The position numbers and the translations under genes were made by a program. From positions 320,001 to 384,000 of the forward strand of contig CAVWHO010000008.1 of assembly GCA_963754875.1 (NCBI GenBank): 64,000 bases of DNA, written 5' to 3'. Every line of letters starts with the position of its first letter. The first letter of the stretch is position 1. Below the pieces are notes generated by a model. It did no database searches. It was not told where the DNA came from and saw nothing but the letters and a program-made list of their open reading frames with translations. Source of the DNA: Nitrospirota bacterium (GTDB lineage Bacteria > Nitrospirota > UBA9217). This document shows, piece by piece, positions 10,025-20,071 of the stretch.

Positions 10025-11029
10025 CTAGGGACGAAACATCCTCCATGCAAACAAAGGCAATTTGTCCGCTGCCGGGATCCTGTTGATTTGATATATATCA
10101 TCCCCCTTATTAAAGCATCCGGACCTCGTTGTCACCGCAGCTTTGTAATTCTGAGCGACAACATTCGCGATAGATGCATCATAGTCTCCATTGGGGTAGC
10201 AAAATAATTCTACGGGTCTATTAAGCCTGCGCTGCAGCCATTGTTTGCTCTCTTGAATTTGATAGTGCATGTCCTCATAGGGCACTTTCGTCAATAGCTG
10301 ATGATGGACTGTATGGGAGCCGATCGTAATTAATCCGGGGTCCAGAGAGCGGAGTTCGTCCCAGCTCATTGTGTCGTACAGGTCACGCTGGCGCTGGTCC
10401 GTCTCGAAGTTATGCGTCAATGAACGGATGAATTGCTCGGTGCTGATCCGGCGGTCGTTTTTCATTGTTTTCATATGCTCGATTATTTTTTCCACCGCGT
10501 CGTTGCCGCTCTTGCCCTTCATTTCCTCCTCGCCGATTCCCAGTTGATCGCAGATTTTTTTCAAACTGCCGGGCTTGCACGCCAACAGCCTTTGCTCCAT
10601 TTCATGCGCCCACTGCCATGTTCGCGATTCAATGAGCCCCGGGCAGACAAAAAATGTGGCGGGTAATTCATAGCGTCGGAGGATGGGGTATGCGATCGTA
10701 CAATTATTTCGCAACCCATCGTCAAACGTCAATACGATTTCCGTTCTAAAGTTTCGGCCGGCATCACCGGATATCGTTAAGGCTTCTTCAAGGGAAATAA
10801 CGGTAAAATTCGTTTTTAGATATTTCATCTGCTGCTCAAAGATGTCCGCCGGCAAATCAGGCCCTCCGACGCCGTGGAACATGAATACCCGCGCAGCCGG
10901 GTGTTCGAGCGTTTTATATCTGGACATGCCGGATATGAATGACAGATGGTGCAAGCCCGGCGCAACCGTACGTTTAATGGTTTCAAGTACAGAATTCATT
11001 AGCTTAATATCACCGTGCGAGCCCCGCAA
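10025..11029 (-). CDS. Polysaccharide deacetylase (CE4)
   Basis: LTFDDG, IGSHTVHH, FCYPNG; likely start MNSVLE at 10999. Confidence 0.92.
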   Translation of the reverse strand: MRGSHGDIKLMNSVLETIKRTVAPGLHHLSFISGMSRYKTLEHPAARVFMFHGVGGPDLPADIFEQQMKYLKTNFTVISLEEALTISGDAGRNFRTEIVLTFDDGLRNNCTIAYPILRRYELPATFFVCPGLIESRTWQWAHEMEQRLLACKPGSLKKICDQLGIGEEEMKGKSGNDAVEKIIEHMKTMKNDRRISTEQFIRSLTHNFETDQRQRDLYDTMSWDELRSLDPGLITIGSHTVHHQLLTKVPYEDMHYQIQESKQWLQRRLNRPVELFCYPNGDYDASIANVVAQNYKAAVTTRSGCFNKGDDIYQINRIPAADKLPLFAWRMFRP

Positions 11030-11840
11030 GCAGTATCAATAATCGCTGCGCCACTGCCATCTGCCCGAACCCGTTCAGGTGCCCGCCGTCATCGGTATAT
11101 TCGGATGCGAGGGAATAGTATGTCGTTCCGCCGTTCGTGAACGTTGATCTCGTACCGTCTGGGAGGGTCGATTCTGACTTTGCGATATCGAACAGCGGTT
11201 CTTTCCCTTCATACTCCTTTCGCAGCATATCATTGTACAGGTTACGTTTGATGTTATTGTCTTTCTTCCCCAGTACCGTCTTTATAAGGCTCCGCACCGT
11301 CGTATTTGATTCCGTGAGCGGTACTGTCGAGTGTATGAATATGACGTTCGGATATTTTTTCTTCAACTGCTCCATGGTTTTTTTATACTCGATGAATATT
11401 TTATCAACGTCACTGTGCGCATTTATGTCTACATAGCAAAACTTGAAAAAAGCAATGTCCGCTTTCGCGCCTATTCCATTTTCCATATAATCGGTAAAGG
11501 CCTGCATTTTAGATCGGGGATCATCGTTCTCGCCGATGCTGGAATGAGCGAACTCCGCGCCGTTCAGATCCGAAGCACGTTTGATTTCAACGATATTGAG
11601 CTTTATCCGGGGAAACTGTTTCTCGATCTGTGTAAGGCCATCCACGATATTATAACCGACCGACTGATGACCGAAATAAATCTTCTTCTCGGCGAGCTTT
11701 TGCCATCGAGCTCCCGGAATATTTTTGATCATTTCAAGAGAGATTGTTTCCCGGGACATTGCTCCTCCTTCACAGGCGCTTAACGGCATGAGAAGCAGAC
11801 AGACGACACAAAAGAGTTTCAAAATTGTTTTTTTATCCAT
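11010..11840 (-). CDS. Exported SGNH/GDSL-like lipoprotein, possible polysaccharide O-acyl modifier
   Basis: Signal peptide with LSAC lipobox; FGHQSVG (block I-like) and DGGHLN (block V-like). Confidence 0.6.
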   Translation of the reverse strand: MDKKTILKLFCVVCLLLMPLSACEGGAMSRETISLEMIKNIPGARWQKLAEKKIYFGHQSVGYNIVDGLTQIEKQFPRIKLNIVEIKRASDLNGAEFAHSSIGENDDPRSKMQAFTDYMENGIGAKADIAFFKFCYVDINAHSDVDKIFIEYKKTMEQLKKKYPNVIFIHSTVPLTESNTTVRSLIKTVLGKKDNNIKRNLYNDMLRKEYEGKEPLFDIAKSESTLPDGTRSTFTNGGTTYYSLASEYTDDGGHLNGFGQMAVAQRLLILLAGLAR

Positions 11841-11863
11841 CGCAAGCCCCTTCGACCATGACG

Positions 11864-13129
11864 TCAGTCTATCGGTGCCGGTCTCACTGATTTTTTTCGC
11901 TCGGAAATACGGGCGCCTGCCTTGATCAGTTCACACAAAAGGGCGCTCGTTTTTTTTCTGTCCTTCTCGCGCAATAACGGGTGTATCGGCACGGTAAACA
12001 AGCACTCCGCCATCGCGGCGGCGGCGGGATACGTCATGCCGACAAAGCGTTCCTTTATCTCGTTTATCATGTTGATCGGCGCAGGATACATCCGGCTGAT
12101 GCCCAATCCCCGACCCGGCTGACTCGATATGATCTTATCCCGCGTTTCCCTGTCGACCGCAAGGACGGGAAAACGGAGCGAAGCTTTGGCAGCGGTTATT
12201 CCCTGCTGCGATTTGGCATGCGTGACGCCGCATGTCTCCAGGGCGTTGCAGTAATATCCGGCGTTCTCCGTCCGCGTTCTGTTATACTCCTCCAGTCTGT
12301 GTCTCCAGTTCCTCAACATGCCTGCCTTCATTCCCGACAGGCGTTTCACGGGAAAATCCCGGTAGAATACCGTTTCTCCAAGCTTCAAAAACGGGAGACC
12401 CGCGGGAAGCCAGTAAAGCGAGGGACGGATGAAAAGCGCCAGGACAGCCGCCTTTACGAACTCCGCTATATTTTCGAGAAACCGCGGTTCCTCGATCTGT
12501 CCGTATATCTTGTCTAGTGCGGCGGCGATACTATCTGAATTCGTGACAATAATGCCGCCGGCCCCGCAGGTTATGTTTTTTCCTCTTCCCAGGCTGTAAA
12601 AACCCGCGTCCGCGACCGTTCCGATCAGCCGTTCGTTGTTGTAGACGCAACCCATTGCCTGCGCCGCGTCCTCCACGACATAGGCCCCTTTTTCCCTGCA
12701 GATCTCGCTGATTTTTGAAACATCCGACGGGATCCCGAACAGATTGCCCGAAATGACGCAGAGCGTGTCCGTGTCTACGGCATCGGGCATACATCGATAG
12801 TCGTAGTCATAGCGGGCGGGATCGACATCACACAGTGCGACGTCGAGCCCGGCTTTTACGACCGCCGATGGTACGGAAAAGCAGGTGTAGGCCGGAATAA
12901 CAACCCGTCGTCTGCCCGGCGACAGGGCTTTCAGGGCGAGGAGGATCATGGTAAGCGCTGCTTTCCCCGACGAGACGAGAAAAACGTGCTTTACGTTGAA
13001 ATAATCCTTCAACTCTTGTTTAACGTCCTGGCTGCACTGCTCGGGCTTCAGCAGTCCCCGTAAACCATTGACGATGTCTGTCATTTTCAAGGGAGCTGCG
13101 GCCGGAGGTAAGGTGCGCTGTATTTTCAT
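11864..13129 (-). CDS. DegT/DnrJ/EryC1/StrS PLP-dependent aminotransferase
   Basis: SSGKAAL, IPAYTC, VEDAAQA, FYSLGRGKNIT (PLP lysine). Confidence 0.9.
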   Translation of the reverse strand: MKIQRTLPPAAAPLKMTDIVNGLRGLLKPEQCSQDVKQELKDYFNVKHVFLVSSGKAALTMILLALKALSPGRRRVVIPAYTCFSVPSAVVKAGLDVALCDVDPARYDYDYRCMPDAVDTDTLCVISGNLFGIPSDVSKISEICREKGAYVVEDAAQAMGCVYNNERLIGTVADAGFYSLGRGKNITCGAGGIIVTNSDSIAAALDKIYGQIEEPRFLENIAEFVKAAVLALFIRPSLYWLPAGLPFLKLGETVFYRDFPVKRLSGMKAGMLRNWRHRLEEYNRTRTENAGYYCNALETCGVTHAKSQQGITAAKASLRFPVLAVDRETRDKIISSQPGRGLGISRMYPAPINMINEIKERFVGMTYPAAAAMAECLFTVPIHPLLREKDRKKTSALLCELIKAGARISERKKSVRPAPID

Positions 13130-13213
13130 AAAGTACAAAGTCTTTCGGGCGACTTCTGCATCGATCTCTCATGAACGACCGATGAAAAGCCGCAATAATA
13201 TCCTGTCTATTAT

Positions 13214-14248
13214 TTAAGGAAGATTCTTGACAATGGCGGGACCGATCAGTTTCGTTAGACCGACCGGCAGCCGCTTCCAGATATTTATTGCCAAGCGATA
13301 TTTGGGATTATGGGGATTCAACTCCGGCAGCTGCTTCCCGTTTTTCATCCAATAGTGCCAATAAAGCTGGACTGGTTTCGCGCCCCATTGTTCCTTGAAG
13401 CGGAAGGTCCCCTCGCCCGGTGTAGAGCGGCCGAAGTCGAAGAACCTGTATCCCCTCTCACATCCCATGCTGAGGACACTCCAATACATGAGCATGTTCG
13501 GGCTGTGGCGGTTATATTGTCTGAGGGACGACGCCCAGGGGATCTCAAGGGTGTCCTTAAACCCGACCAGGAAGCCGGCCGCCGCAGGCTCTCCTTCCTT
13601 CGTATATACGGTGCAGATCCAAGATGACTCAGGGAAAGCGCGCAGGATGCTCCTGAAAAATTCCTTGGAGTAGACCGGCGTTCCGAGGTCCCTCATGTTG
13701 ACCGAGAAAACCGCATAAAAATCATCAAGGCGCTCTTCCCTGCCGATCTTTGCAGACATTCCCTCCTTGATGGGTCGCTGCACCTGGCTTCTGAGTTTCG
13801 ACGGGAAGGACTCCCAGAGTTCGCCCGGGGTCGGCAGCAGGGAGCGGAACATGGAGACCTTCGAGGTCTTCACCTGCCAACCGATATCCATTGGAATGTT
13901 CTGCCGAAGCTCGATGTGTTCCGCCCCATTGTCTTTCGCGAACCTGATGGCGCCTTCGGCCAGATGAACGCCGATTTCCGCATTGTCCGCACAGAGCCCG
14001 CCATAGTTGAAATACGGAAGGGAGACGGCAAAATTGCCGAAGAGCTGACTTTTTAAGTGCACGAGCGGAAGAATCCCGTTGATTGCTCCATTTTCATTCT
14101 CGGAAAGAAGATACCAGGTTGTATGGCCGAAGCTTTGCTCAATGACATCCTTCCAGCCGGTCAGGTGATAACACCGGGCATCGTTCGATCTCATCACGTA
14201 GTCATCCCACGCTTTTTTGTCCTGTCCTGTATAGAATCGGATCGTCAT
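13214..14248 (-). CDS. FemAB-like (GNAT fold) protein, XrtA/PEP-CTERM-associated type
   Basis: SLPYFNYGG, NMRDLGTP, FDFGRS, FKEQWGA, LNPHNPKY. Confidence 0.92.
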   Translation of the reverse strand: MTIRFYTGQDKKAWDDYVMRSNDARCYHLTGWKDVIEQSFGHTTWYLLSENENGAINGILPLVHLKSQLFGNFAVSLPYFNYGGLCADNAEIGVHLAEGAIRFAKDNGAEHIELRQNIPMDIGWQVKTSKVSMFRSLLPTPGELWESFPSKLRSQVQRPIKEGMSAKIGREERLDDFYAVFSVNMRDLGTPVYSKEFFRSILRAFPESSWICTVYTKEGEPAAAGFLVGFKDTLEIPWASSLRQYNRHSPNMLMYWSVLSMGCERGYRFFDFGRSTPGEGTFRFKEQWGAKPVQLYWHYWMKNGKQLPELNPHNPKYRLAINIWKRLPVGLTKLIGPAIVKNLP

Positions 14249-14306
14249 AGTATTTGTCCGGAGGGAACGTGTCGGCTGCGGCGGGCAAAGGCCGCGATGA
14301 CCATCC

Positions 14307-15416
14307 CTAGCGTAACACGACCTTTGCTGTATACCTCAGGAACTTTTCCGCAACCAGCAGGATCGACGCCACGTTCTTTTGATAATACGAGAGCGTAACG
14401 GAAGTTCGCCCCCGGTCGGCCCAATGGAACTTGTACGGTTCGGTTCCCTTCAGAAAGTCGTAGACGGCGACGCCGTCCTCAATCGCGCTGCTTAAACATA
14501 TGCCGACGAGAATGTTCCCGAGACTGATGTTCGGGTGATACTCTTTGTCCACCGCCATGAGATACATGCCCAGGGTGTCCTGGTGTTTCAAATGAAGAAG
14601 TCCTCCGATCAATTTCCCGTTCGACGAGAACAGATCGACCCGCAAGGCCTGCTCATTGCACCGTGACGCATACCTTGAAAGGAACGATCGGACAGACTTG
14701 TCATGGTGGTCGTTCTTCGTTTCGTAGAGATTGCAAAACGCTCCGAACGCCTCACCCACACGCTCTCCCGTGAAAATTTCGTGCTGCAGTTCTCCTTCAT
14801 TCTTCAGGAGCTTTAGATGGCGCCGGTACTGCTGCCTTCGGTTTGCAGAATAGAGCGACAACAAGTCTTCGCCCTTCTTCGGGAGTGCGACGGTCGGGCA
14901 AAACGAGCATTGACGGGTCTCCGCGTATTTGCCCGCGTCCTCGATGGCGTTCAGAAAATACAAGAGGAATAGGGAATTCGAGGGCAGATCTTCGAGCATG
15001 CAGGAGTCCCACCGGTCCCGGGCTCCCGTCAGGAGAAATTCATGCAAAAAGTTCGCGACCTTCTGTTCCTGTCCTTTTTTGATAATCACGTCGAGATAGT
15101 CGGACCCCGCATCCGGCGCCCCGAGAAACCGAACCTCTTTGACGGCCAAGGCTCCCCGCCGAAGATGCTGGACGTACCACGGAGCAATGCCCACGAGTTC
15201 GTCGTCCTTATACACCATGATGATGAACAGGGACCTGCCCGCGTCAAGATAGTTCTCCGCCCAGGAGAAGAGCCATTCCCAGGTGAGAAAAATCGTGTCC
15301 GCGCCTGACTGGTTCAGTAACCCGTTCCACGCTGTACGTGTCTCCATCCACTCGTCCGTTGAATTGATCAGGACTGCCCGATAATCATTCATGACGTTTA
15401 GTCGCTCTCTCTGCAT
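14307..15416 (-). CDS. CelD/BcsL-like GNAT acyltransferase
   Basis: FLTWEW, GSDYLD, YDFLKGTEPYKFHW. Confidence 0.88.
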   Translation of the reverse strand: MQRERLNVMNDYRAVLINSTDEWMETRTAWNGLLNQSGADTIFLTWEWLFSWAENYLDAGRSLFIIMVYKDDELVGIAPWYVQHLRRGALAVKEVRFLGAPDAGSDYLDVIIKKGQEQKVANFLHEFLLTGARDRWDSCMLEDLPSNSLFLLYFLNAIEDAGKYAETRQCSFCPTVALPKKGEDLLSLYSANRRQQYRRHLKLLKNEGELQHEIFTGERVGEAFGAFCNLYETKNDHHDKSVRSFLSRYASRCNEQALRVDLFSSNGKLIGGLLHLKHQDTLGMYLMAVDKEYHPNISLGNILVGICLSSAIEDGVAVYDFLKGTEPYKFHWADRGRTSVTLSYYQKNVASILLVAEKFLRYTAKVVLR

Positions 15417-16357
15417 AGGGACACCGATGCTTCGTCGGTAATCAGCCCCGCCGGCAAATCAGCAGGGCGGAACGGGGTAGTTGAAAAGTTAAAAATTTCG
15501 GAGATCGGCCTGAACTTGAATTCCTTCACGCAGCTTGCTAGCTTCTGTTCCGTGGTCCGGAGGTTGACGTAATGTCTGAACTTGGAAAGAAGGCCGCCGT
15601 GCAGCCTGGGCTGGTCCGCATCGACCTCCCAGGGATGGATATAAATCACTGCACCTTTCTTTTCGATCTCATTGATCCGTCTGATGATCGCTTTCGTCAA
15701 TCGCAACGGATAGAGCCTGAAATAGCCGCCTCCCGCTACGGGGATGTTTTGTCCGAGAAGCGTAAAGGTCGTCGGGGGAATTTCCATAATTTCACCGGCC
15801 CCTGTTTTGATCGTATGGAAGAAGCGTTGGGCCCCGGGGACGCCATAGCGATCATGGTGAACAGGGAAGATGCTCGAATCGTACTGGAACCCCTCTTCAA
15901 CCAGAATATCAAGGGCCCAAAACGTTTTTTTGACGATGGAATAGCTTGTAGCCCGATATCCTCTAACGGGCATCCCCGTGATATCTTCCAGCGTCTTTTT
16001 CGCCTTCCGAACGTCCTCCCGAAACTCCTCTTTCGTCAAGTCATATATTAACCGGTGGTTATAGCCATGGCAAGCGATTTCATGCCCGGCGGCCTGGATG
16101 TCTCTTACCAGCGAGCGGTAGTTTTCTCCGACCCATCCCAGAACAAAGAACGTTCCTTTGACGCCGTATTGCGCCAGGAGTTCGAGAATCCGGTGGGTAT
16201 TCCGCTCAACCCGGCATTCATAGCGGGGCCAGTCCTCAAACTTGATGCCGGAGGCAAATGCGGAGACCATGAAATAGTCTTCCACGTCGACGGTGAGGGC
16301 GTTCCAGATCGTATCGGGGTCCCGGGGTCCCTGCTGAAAGGTCTGTTTTTCGGACAT
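15398..16357 (-). CDS. XrtA-system-type polysaccharide deacetylase
   Basis: NALTVDVEDYF, TFFVLGW, GGGYFRLYP, YIHPWEVD. Start MSEKQ at 16357 overlaps the upstream stop (TGATG). Confidence 0.92.
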   Translation of the reverse strand: MSEKQTFQQGPRDPDTIWNALTVDVEDYFMVSAFASGIKFEDWPRYECRVERNTHRILELLAQYGVKGTFFVLGWVGENYRSLVRDIQAAGHEIACHGYNHRLIYDLTKEEFREDVRKAKKTLEDITGMPVRGYRATSYSIVKKTFWALDILVEEGFQYDSSIFPVHHDRYGVPGAQRFFHTIKTGAGEIMEIPPTTFTLLGQNIPVAGGGYFRLYPLRLTKAIIRRINEIEKKGAVIYIHPWEVDADQPRLHGGLLSKFRHYVNLRTTEQKLASCVKEFKFRPISEIFNFSTTPFRPADLPAGLITDEASVSLCRESD

Positions 16358-17383
16358 CAGGGTGCCAGTCTTTCCTGTGCCGCACAGACGAGCTTGTCGT
16401 CCTGCTTCGCATAAATTTTTTGATAGCCTTCTTCCCTCGTCATGACCCCTTCCCGCACCATATTGGCGATCTCCCAGACATAGGGATGAAAATGATAGCG
16501 TTTCACATGGACGTCGTTCGCATAGGCGTTCAGCAGACAGTTGCTTGAGTTGCTGTCCGTGTCCGTCGGGGCTGTCCACCCGAATTGCCGGATTTCGTGT
16601 ATGATCATCTCTTCATTATAGAACTCCCATGCCATGGGATGAACATTGTAGGGAAATCGCCCGGGGTCTGCATAGTGTCTCTCTTCGAGGAAATATGCTT
16701 CAACCTCCTCGCCGGCCACTTGGCGGAGGGGACCAAGGATCGCCTGCTGGGCCATCCTCACGAGCGAGGGATTGTTCTTCATGATCGATGATTCCACGGG
16801 CGCCTGGCCGGGAGACCACCCGAACCCGATCATCGGAATGTCCTGTTCCACGGCCATTTTCAGGCACATCGACTTTACCAGGCCGATGCAGGAGGTGCAT
16901 ATGGTGCTCGCCCGTTCCAGGGTCTTTTTCGAATAGAGCTCCCGCTCCGCCGCCGTCGAAAAGATCTTTTTCAGAAGATCCCACCGCGGCTTGAAGAAGA
17001 CATGATCGACGCCGAGGCTGTCCGTTACGTTCTTGATGTTCGTCATAGCCGCCGGGGACACGAATCCGTTGTCGAGGCTCATTGCCAAAACCCTCAGTTT
17101 GTACTTGTTCCTGAGCAGGCCCATGGTGTACGTCGAGTCTTTGCCGCCGCTGTACGCCATCAGAACGTCATAGGCCCGATGACCGGCGCTGCCGGCCTTG
17201 TTCCCGGACCGGGACGCTACCTGGTTCATCAGCTCGAAGAAACTTCAGCTTGTACTCGTGTTTCGTGTCTGCAAGCCGTTCTTTTTTACGGACGAACTGC
17301 TGGCAATGGCTGCACAGCCCGTCGGCGTTGAAGCTAACTCCGGGAAAGGTTTCCGGCAATATGCACTGAGAGCAGATTTTCAT
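16357..17383 (-). pseudogene. N-acetyl-sugar amidotransferase (WbuX/PP-loop) family gene, split by a one-base frameshift near 17236-17242
   Basis: RBS GGAG + ATG 17383 gives MKICSQCILPETFPGVSFNADGLCSHC. The SGGKDS PP-loop part is in another frame. Span is 1027 nt (3n+1). May be a sequencing error. Confidence 0.8.
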
Positions 17384-17405
17384 GGTTATCTCCGTCGATT
17401 CACAC

Positions 17406-18974
17406 TTAGCGAACTGCTTCGCCCGCAAGGTTCTCTTCCTTGAGCAAAAATTTCCGTATTTTACCCGAACTCGTTTTCGGCAACTCATCGGTAAATACGA
17501 CTTCCTTCGGTATTTTGAAAGATGCAAGTTTTGTCTGGCAGTGCCGCTGGACCTTTTTTGTATCCTGTTCGAATCCGTCTTTCAGCACGATGACCGCCCG
17601 TATCGCCTCGCCGAGGATCTCATCGGGGACGCCCACGACGCAGACCTCGTGGACTTCGCTCATTTCGAGGATCACTTCTTCAATTTCCTTCGGGCTGATG
17701 CGATGGGCGCCGCTTTTGATCATGTCGCTCCTGCGACCCACGATATAGAGATAACCGTCCTCGTCCCTCCTGCCGATGTCGCCGGTATAGAGTCTGCCTT
17801 CCTTCAATACCTTGCTCGTCTGCTCGGGGTCGTTCCAGTAGCCGGCCATGATGTTTTTCCCTCGTGCGACGATCTCCCCTTCCTGGCCGTCGCTCGCCGG
17901 CTTCCCGCCTTCGCCGACGACTTCGATCTCCACGCCCGGAATTGCTTTCCCGATCGAACCGGGCCGCTTCAGGAGGCCCTCCGGCTCCAGGTAGGCCAGC
18001 CGCGCCGTCGCCTCGGTCTGGCCATACATGATATAGACGTGAGTATTCGGCAAAACGAGGGAAAGTTCCCGCGCGTGCTGCGGCGACATTGCCCCGCCCG
18101 CCTGGGTCACGTAACGGAGGTGCGGGAACCGGTAGTTCCTGATGTTCGAGCGGTTGAGCATGATGGCGAAAGTGGACGGCACTCCTGCAAAGCCCGTGAC
18201 CTCCTCTTCGACCATCTTGTCGAATACGGCATTCGGGTACATAAAACTGTTTTCGAGCACCAGCGCCCCTCCTGCCAGCAAATGGGTCGTGAGCAGAGAT
18301 TTTCCGTAGGAATAGCAGAAGGGCAGTACGACCATGACCTTGTCATGCTCGGTAAGCCGCAGATATTCAATAATCGACCGTGCATTCGCCAGATAATTGT
18401 CATGGGACAGCATGACGCCCTTCGGCTTGCCGGTCGTGCCGGACGTATAAACTATCGAAGAGATGTCCGCTCCGGTCAATGCAATAGACGCGTCGTTGCT
18501 CACTCCATCGTTTTGGATTTCGCCCCATGTCGCATACTGGATATGCGCGGGAAGTTTCCCTGCCAAGCACGACGGTCCAGCCGGCGATTTTTCAATTTCA
18601 ATCATCATGCGGATTGACGGCGTTTCCTTGACTGCCTCGTTTGCAACAGGGGCATACGTATGCTCGACGATCAGCACTGAAACAGCGCAGTGGTTGATGA
18701 TTGTTTTGATCTCATGCCGGGAATCCTGAAAGTTTATGTCAACGGAGATCCCTCCCGCCCGCTGTATGCCGAGGTAGGCGGCTACATAGGCGGCTGAGTT
18801 TTTGCTGAGGATGCCGACGCGGTCGCCTTTTCTGACGTTGTTTCGCAGTAAAAATGACGCGACCTTCGCAGTGCTCTGCTCAAGCTCGAGATAGGAGACC
18901 CGCTGCCGGCCCTGGATGACCGCAACAGAATCAGGTTTGTGTCGTGCTCTCTGGGTTATAAAAGAGTGTAGCAT
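17406..18974 (-). CDS. Class I adenylate-forming enzyme (acyl/aminoacyl-AMP ligase)
   Basis: YTSGTTGKPKGV, YGQTEA, TGDIG, SGKIRK. Confidence 0.93.
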   Translation of the reverse strand: MLHSFITQRARHKPDSVAVIQGRQRVSYLELEQSTAKVASFLLRNNVRKGDRVGILSKNSAAYVAAYLGIQRAGGISVDINFQDSRHEIKTIINHCAVSVLIVEHTYAPVANEAVKETPSIRMMIEIEKSPAGPSCLAGKLPAHIQYATWGEIQNDGVSNDASIALTGADISSIVYTSGTTGKPKGVMLSHDNYLANARSIIEYLRLTEHDKVMVVLPFCYSYGKSLLTTHLLAGGALVLENSFMYPNAVFDKMVEEEVTGFAGVPSTFAIMLNRSNIRNYRFPHLRYVTQAGGAMSPQHARELSLVLPNTHVYIMYGQTEATARLAYLEPEGLLKRPGSIGKAIPGVEIEVVGEGGKPASDGQEGEIVARGKNIMAGYWNDPEQTSKVLKEGRLYTGDIGRRDEDGYLYIVGRRSDMIKSGAHRISPKEIEEVILEMSEVHEVCVVGVPDEILGEAIRAVIVLKDGFEQDTKKVQRHCQTKLASFKIPKEVVFTDELPKTSSGKIRKFLLKEENLAGEAVR

Positions 18975-18982
18975 GGCTCGCT

Positions 18983-19291
18983 TTAGGAGACCGGGGAAGC
19001 AGCGGTTTGTCCGGCATCGACCCGTGTTTTATCTGTTATTTCCTGTTTACTTACAATAAAAGCTTCGAGCTTGCTCAAGGAATCGAAGTTGTTGGGGATG
19101 AGCTCATCGTCCTTCACTTTGATGTTGAAGGTCTCCTGTACAAAGGAGACCAGTTCGAGCACTCCCGTTGAATCAATGATCCCATTTTCCAGAAACGAGA
19201 CATCATCGCCGAGGGTGTTGTCGTCGTGGCCGTAGAGGAAGTTTTCAATAATGTATTTCCGTATTTCAGATTTTATGTCCATTGCGTTCAA
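18983..19291 (-). CDS. Acyl carrier protein
   Basis: Small acidic protein with GIIDSTGVLELV phosphopantetheine serine motif; alternative start 19282. Confidence 0.92.
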   Translation of the reverse strand: MNAMDIKSEIRKYIIENFLYGHDDNTLGDDVSFLENGIIDSTGVLELVSFVQETFNIKVKDDELIPNNFDSLSKLEAFIVSKQEITDKTRVDAGQTAASPVS

Positions 19292-19387
19292 CCCCCATCG
19301 TCAGTGTACTGTGCTTTTCAATTCGTAAGAAGTCTTTTGATCAGTATGGTATATGTGCGGCTCGCTGCGTCTGGCGAAGCACACATC

Positions 19388-19942
19388 TTAATTGATGACC
19401 GCTGCCACTGCCAGGGACAGATCCCCGGTCAAATTGACCGTGGAATCAGAAACATCGAATCCCGTGGCTTCGTCCAGCGTCGGCTGGATGAAATCCGAAG
19501 CACTCGGGTTCGTGCCTGCGCTGATATCGCAGGTTATCGTGCAAAAGGCGCCCGCACTGAATCCGCTTGCGCTAACGATATGAACCTTCACCGTTGCAGG
19601 CATGCCGCCGGCCGCTGCCGTGTAGACTGCACTGATCTGGGATCCGGATGCGGAACCAGTGGCAGTGACCATAGTCGGGTCCGCGACCAGGATCGCAGTG
19701 TTGACGCTGTCAGGGGATGCTTTGACGGTTACACCGGCGGGCAGCGTGATCGTGACATCATAGCCATTGATCGTGGTTGTGGCTGGGATCGTGCCCGTGA
19801 CCGCGGTCGAAAGCGTGAGCACTGCGGTTGTGGGCTGCGGGGGAGTATTGTTGCCGCCCCCCCCGCCCCCACCGCCGCAATGGGGAAGAATTATCAATGC
19901 GCCAACAAGCATGAGTAAATTCAGTAGTGATTTCATTTTCAT
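19388..19942 (-). CDS. Lipoprotein with cohesin-like beta-sandwich domain
   Basis: RBS GGAGG, MKMKSLL..., lipobox-like LPH-C followed by Gly8. Strand pattern INGYDVTITLPAGVTV ... TVKVHIV...GFSAGAFCTITCDI resembles cohesin (by eye). Confidence 0.62.
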   Translation of the reverse strand: MKMKSLLNLLMLVGALIILPHCGGGGGGGGNNTPPQPTTAVLTLSTAVTGTIPATTTINGYDVTITLPAGVTVKASPDSVNTAILVADPTMVTATGSASGSQISAVYTAAAGGMPATVKVHIVSASGFSAGAFCTITCDISAGTNPSASDFIQPTLDEATGFDVSDSTVNLTGDLSLAVAAVIN

Positions 19943-20007
19943 GGTCAATCCTCCAAAATATTCTTTCGCACTTTTTGAGCGCCGTATCATATCGGGAAAT
20001 CCACCTT

Positions 20008-20065
20008 CTGACAGGGTCACAGGAATAACGCAAAGTTCGTCTGATCATCCCTGTGACCTTGTCAG
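20008..20065. other. Long intergenic inverted repeat (RNA stem-loop)
   Basis: CTGACAGGGTCACAGG (20008-20023) and CCTGTGACCTTGTCAG (20050-20065), 15/16 complementary; can extend inward by G-U pairs on the minus-strand transcript. Confidence 0.8.
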
Positions 20066-20071
20066 TTTATT

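Noticed and set aside
17382..18617. 411-aa plus-strand ORF (likewise 37309-38331, 4396-5151, 392-1039, 19226-19918, 51718-52557)
   Set aside because: Antisense shadows of well-supported genes; no motifs, and such ORFs are expected in GC-rich coding DNA.
19857..19864. G8 run (minus strand) in the lipoprotein as a phase-variation tract
   Set aside because: Explained by the poly-Gly linker codons; the frame is intact and the run is short.
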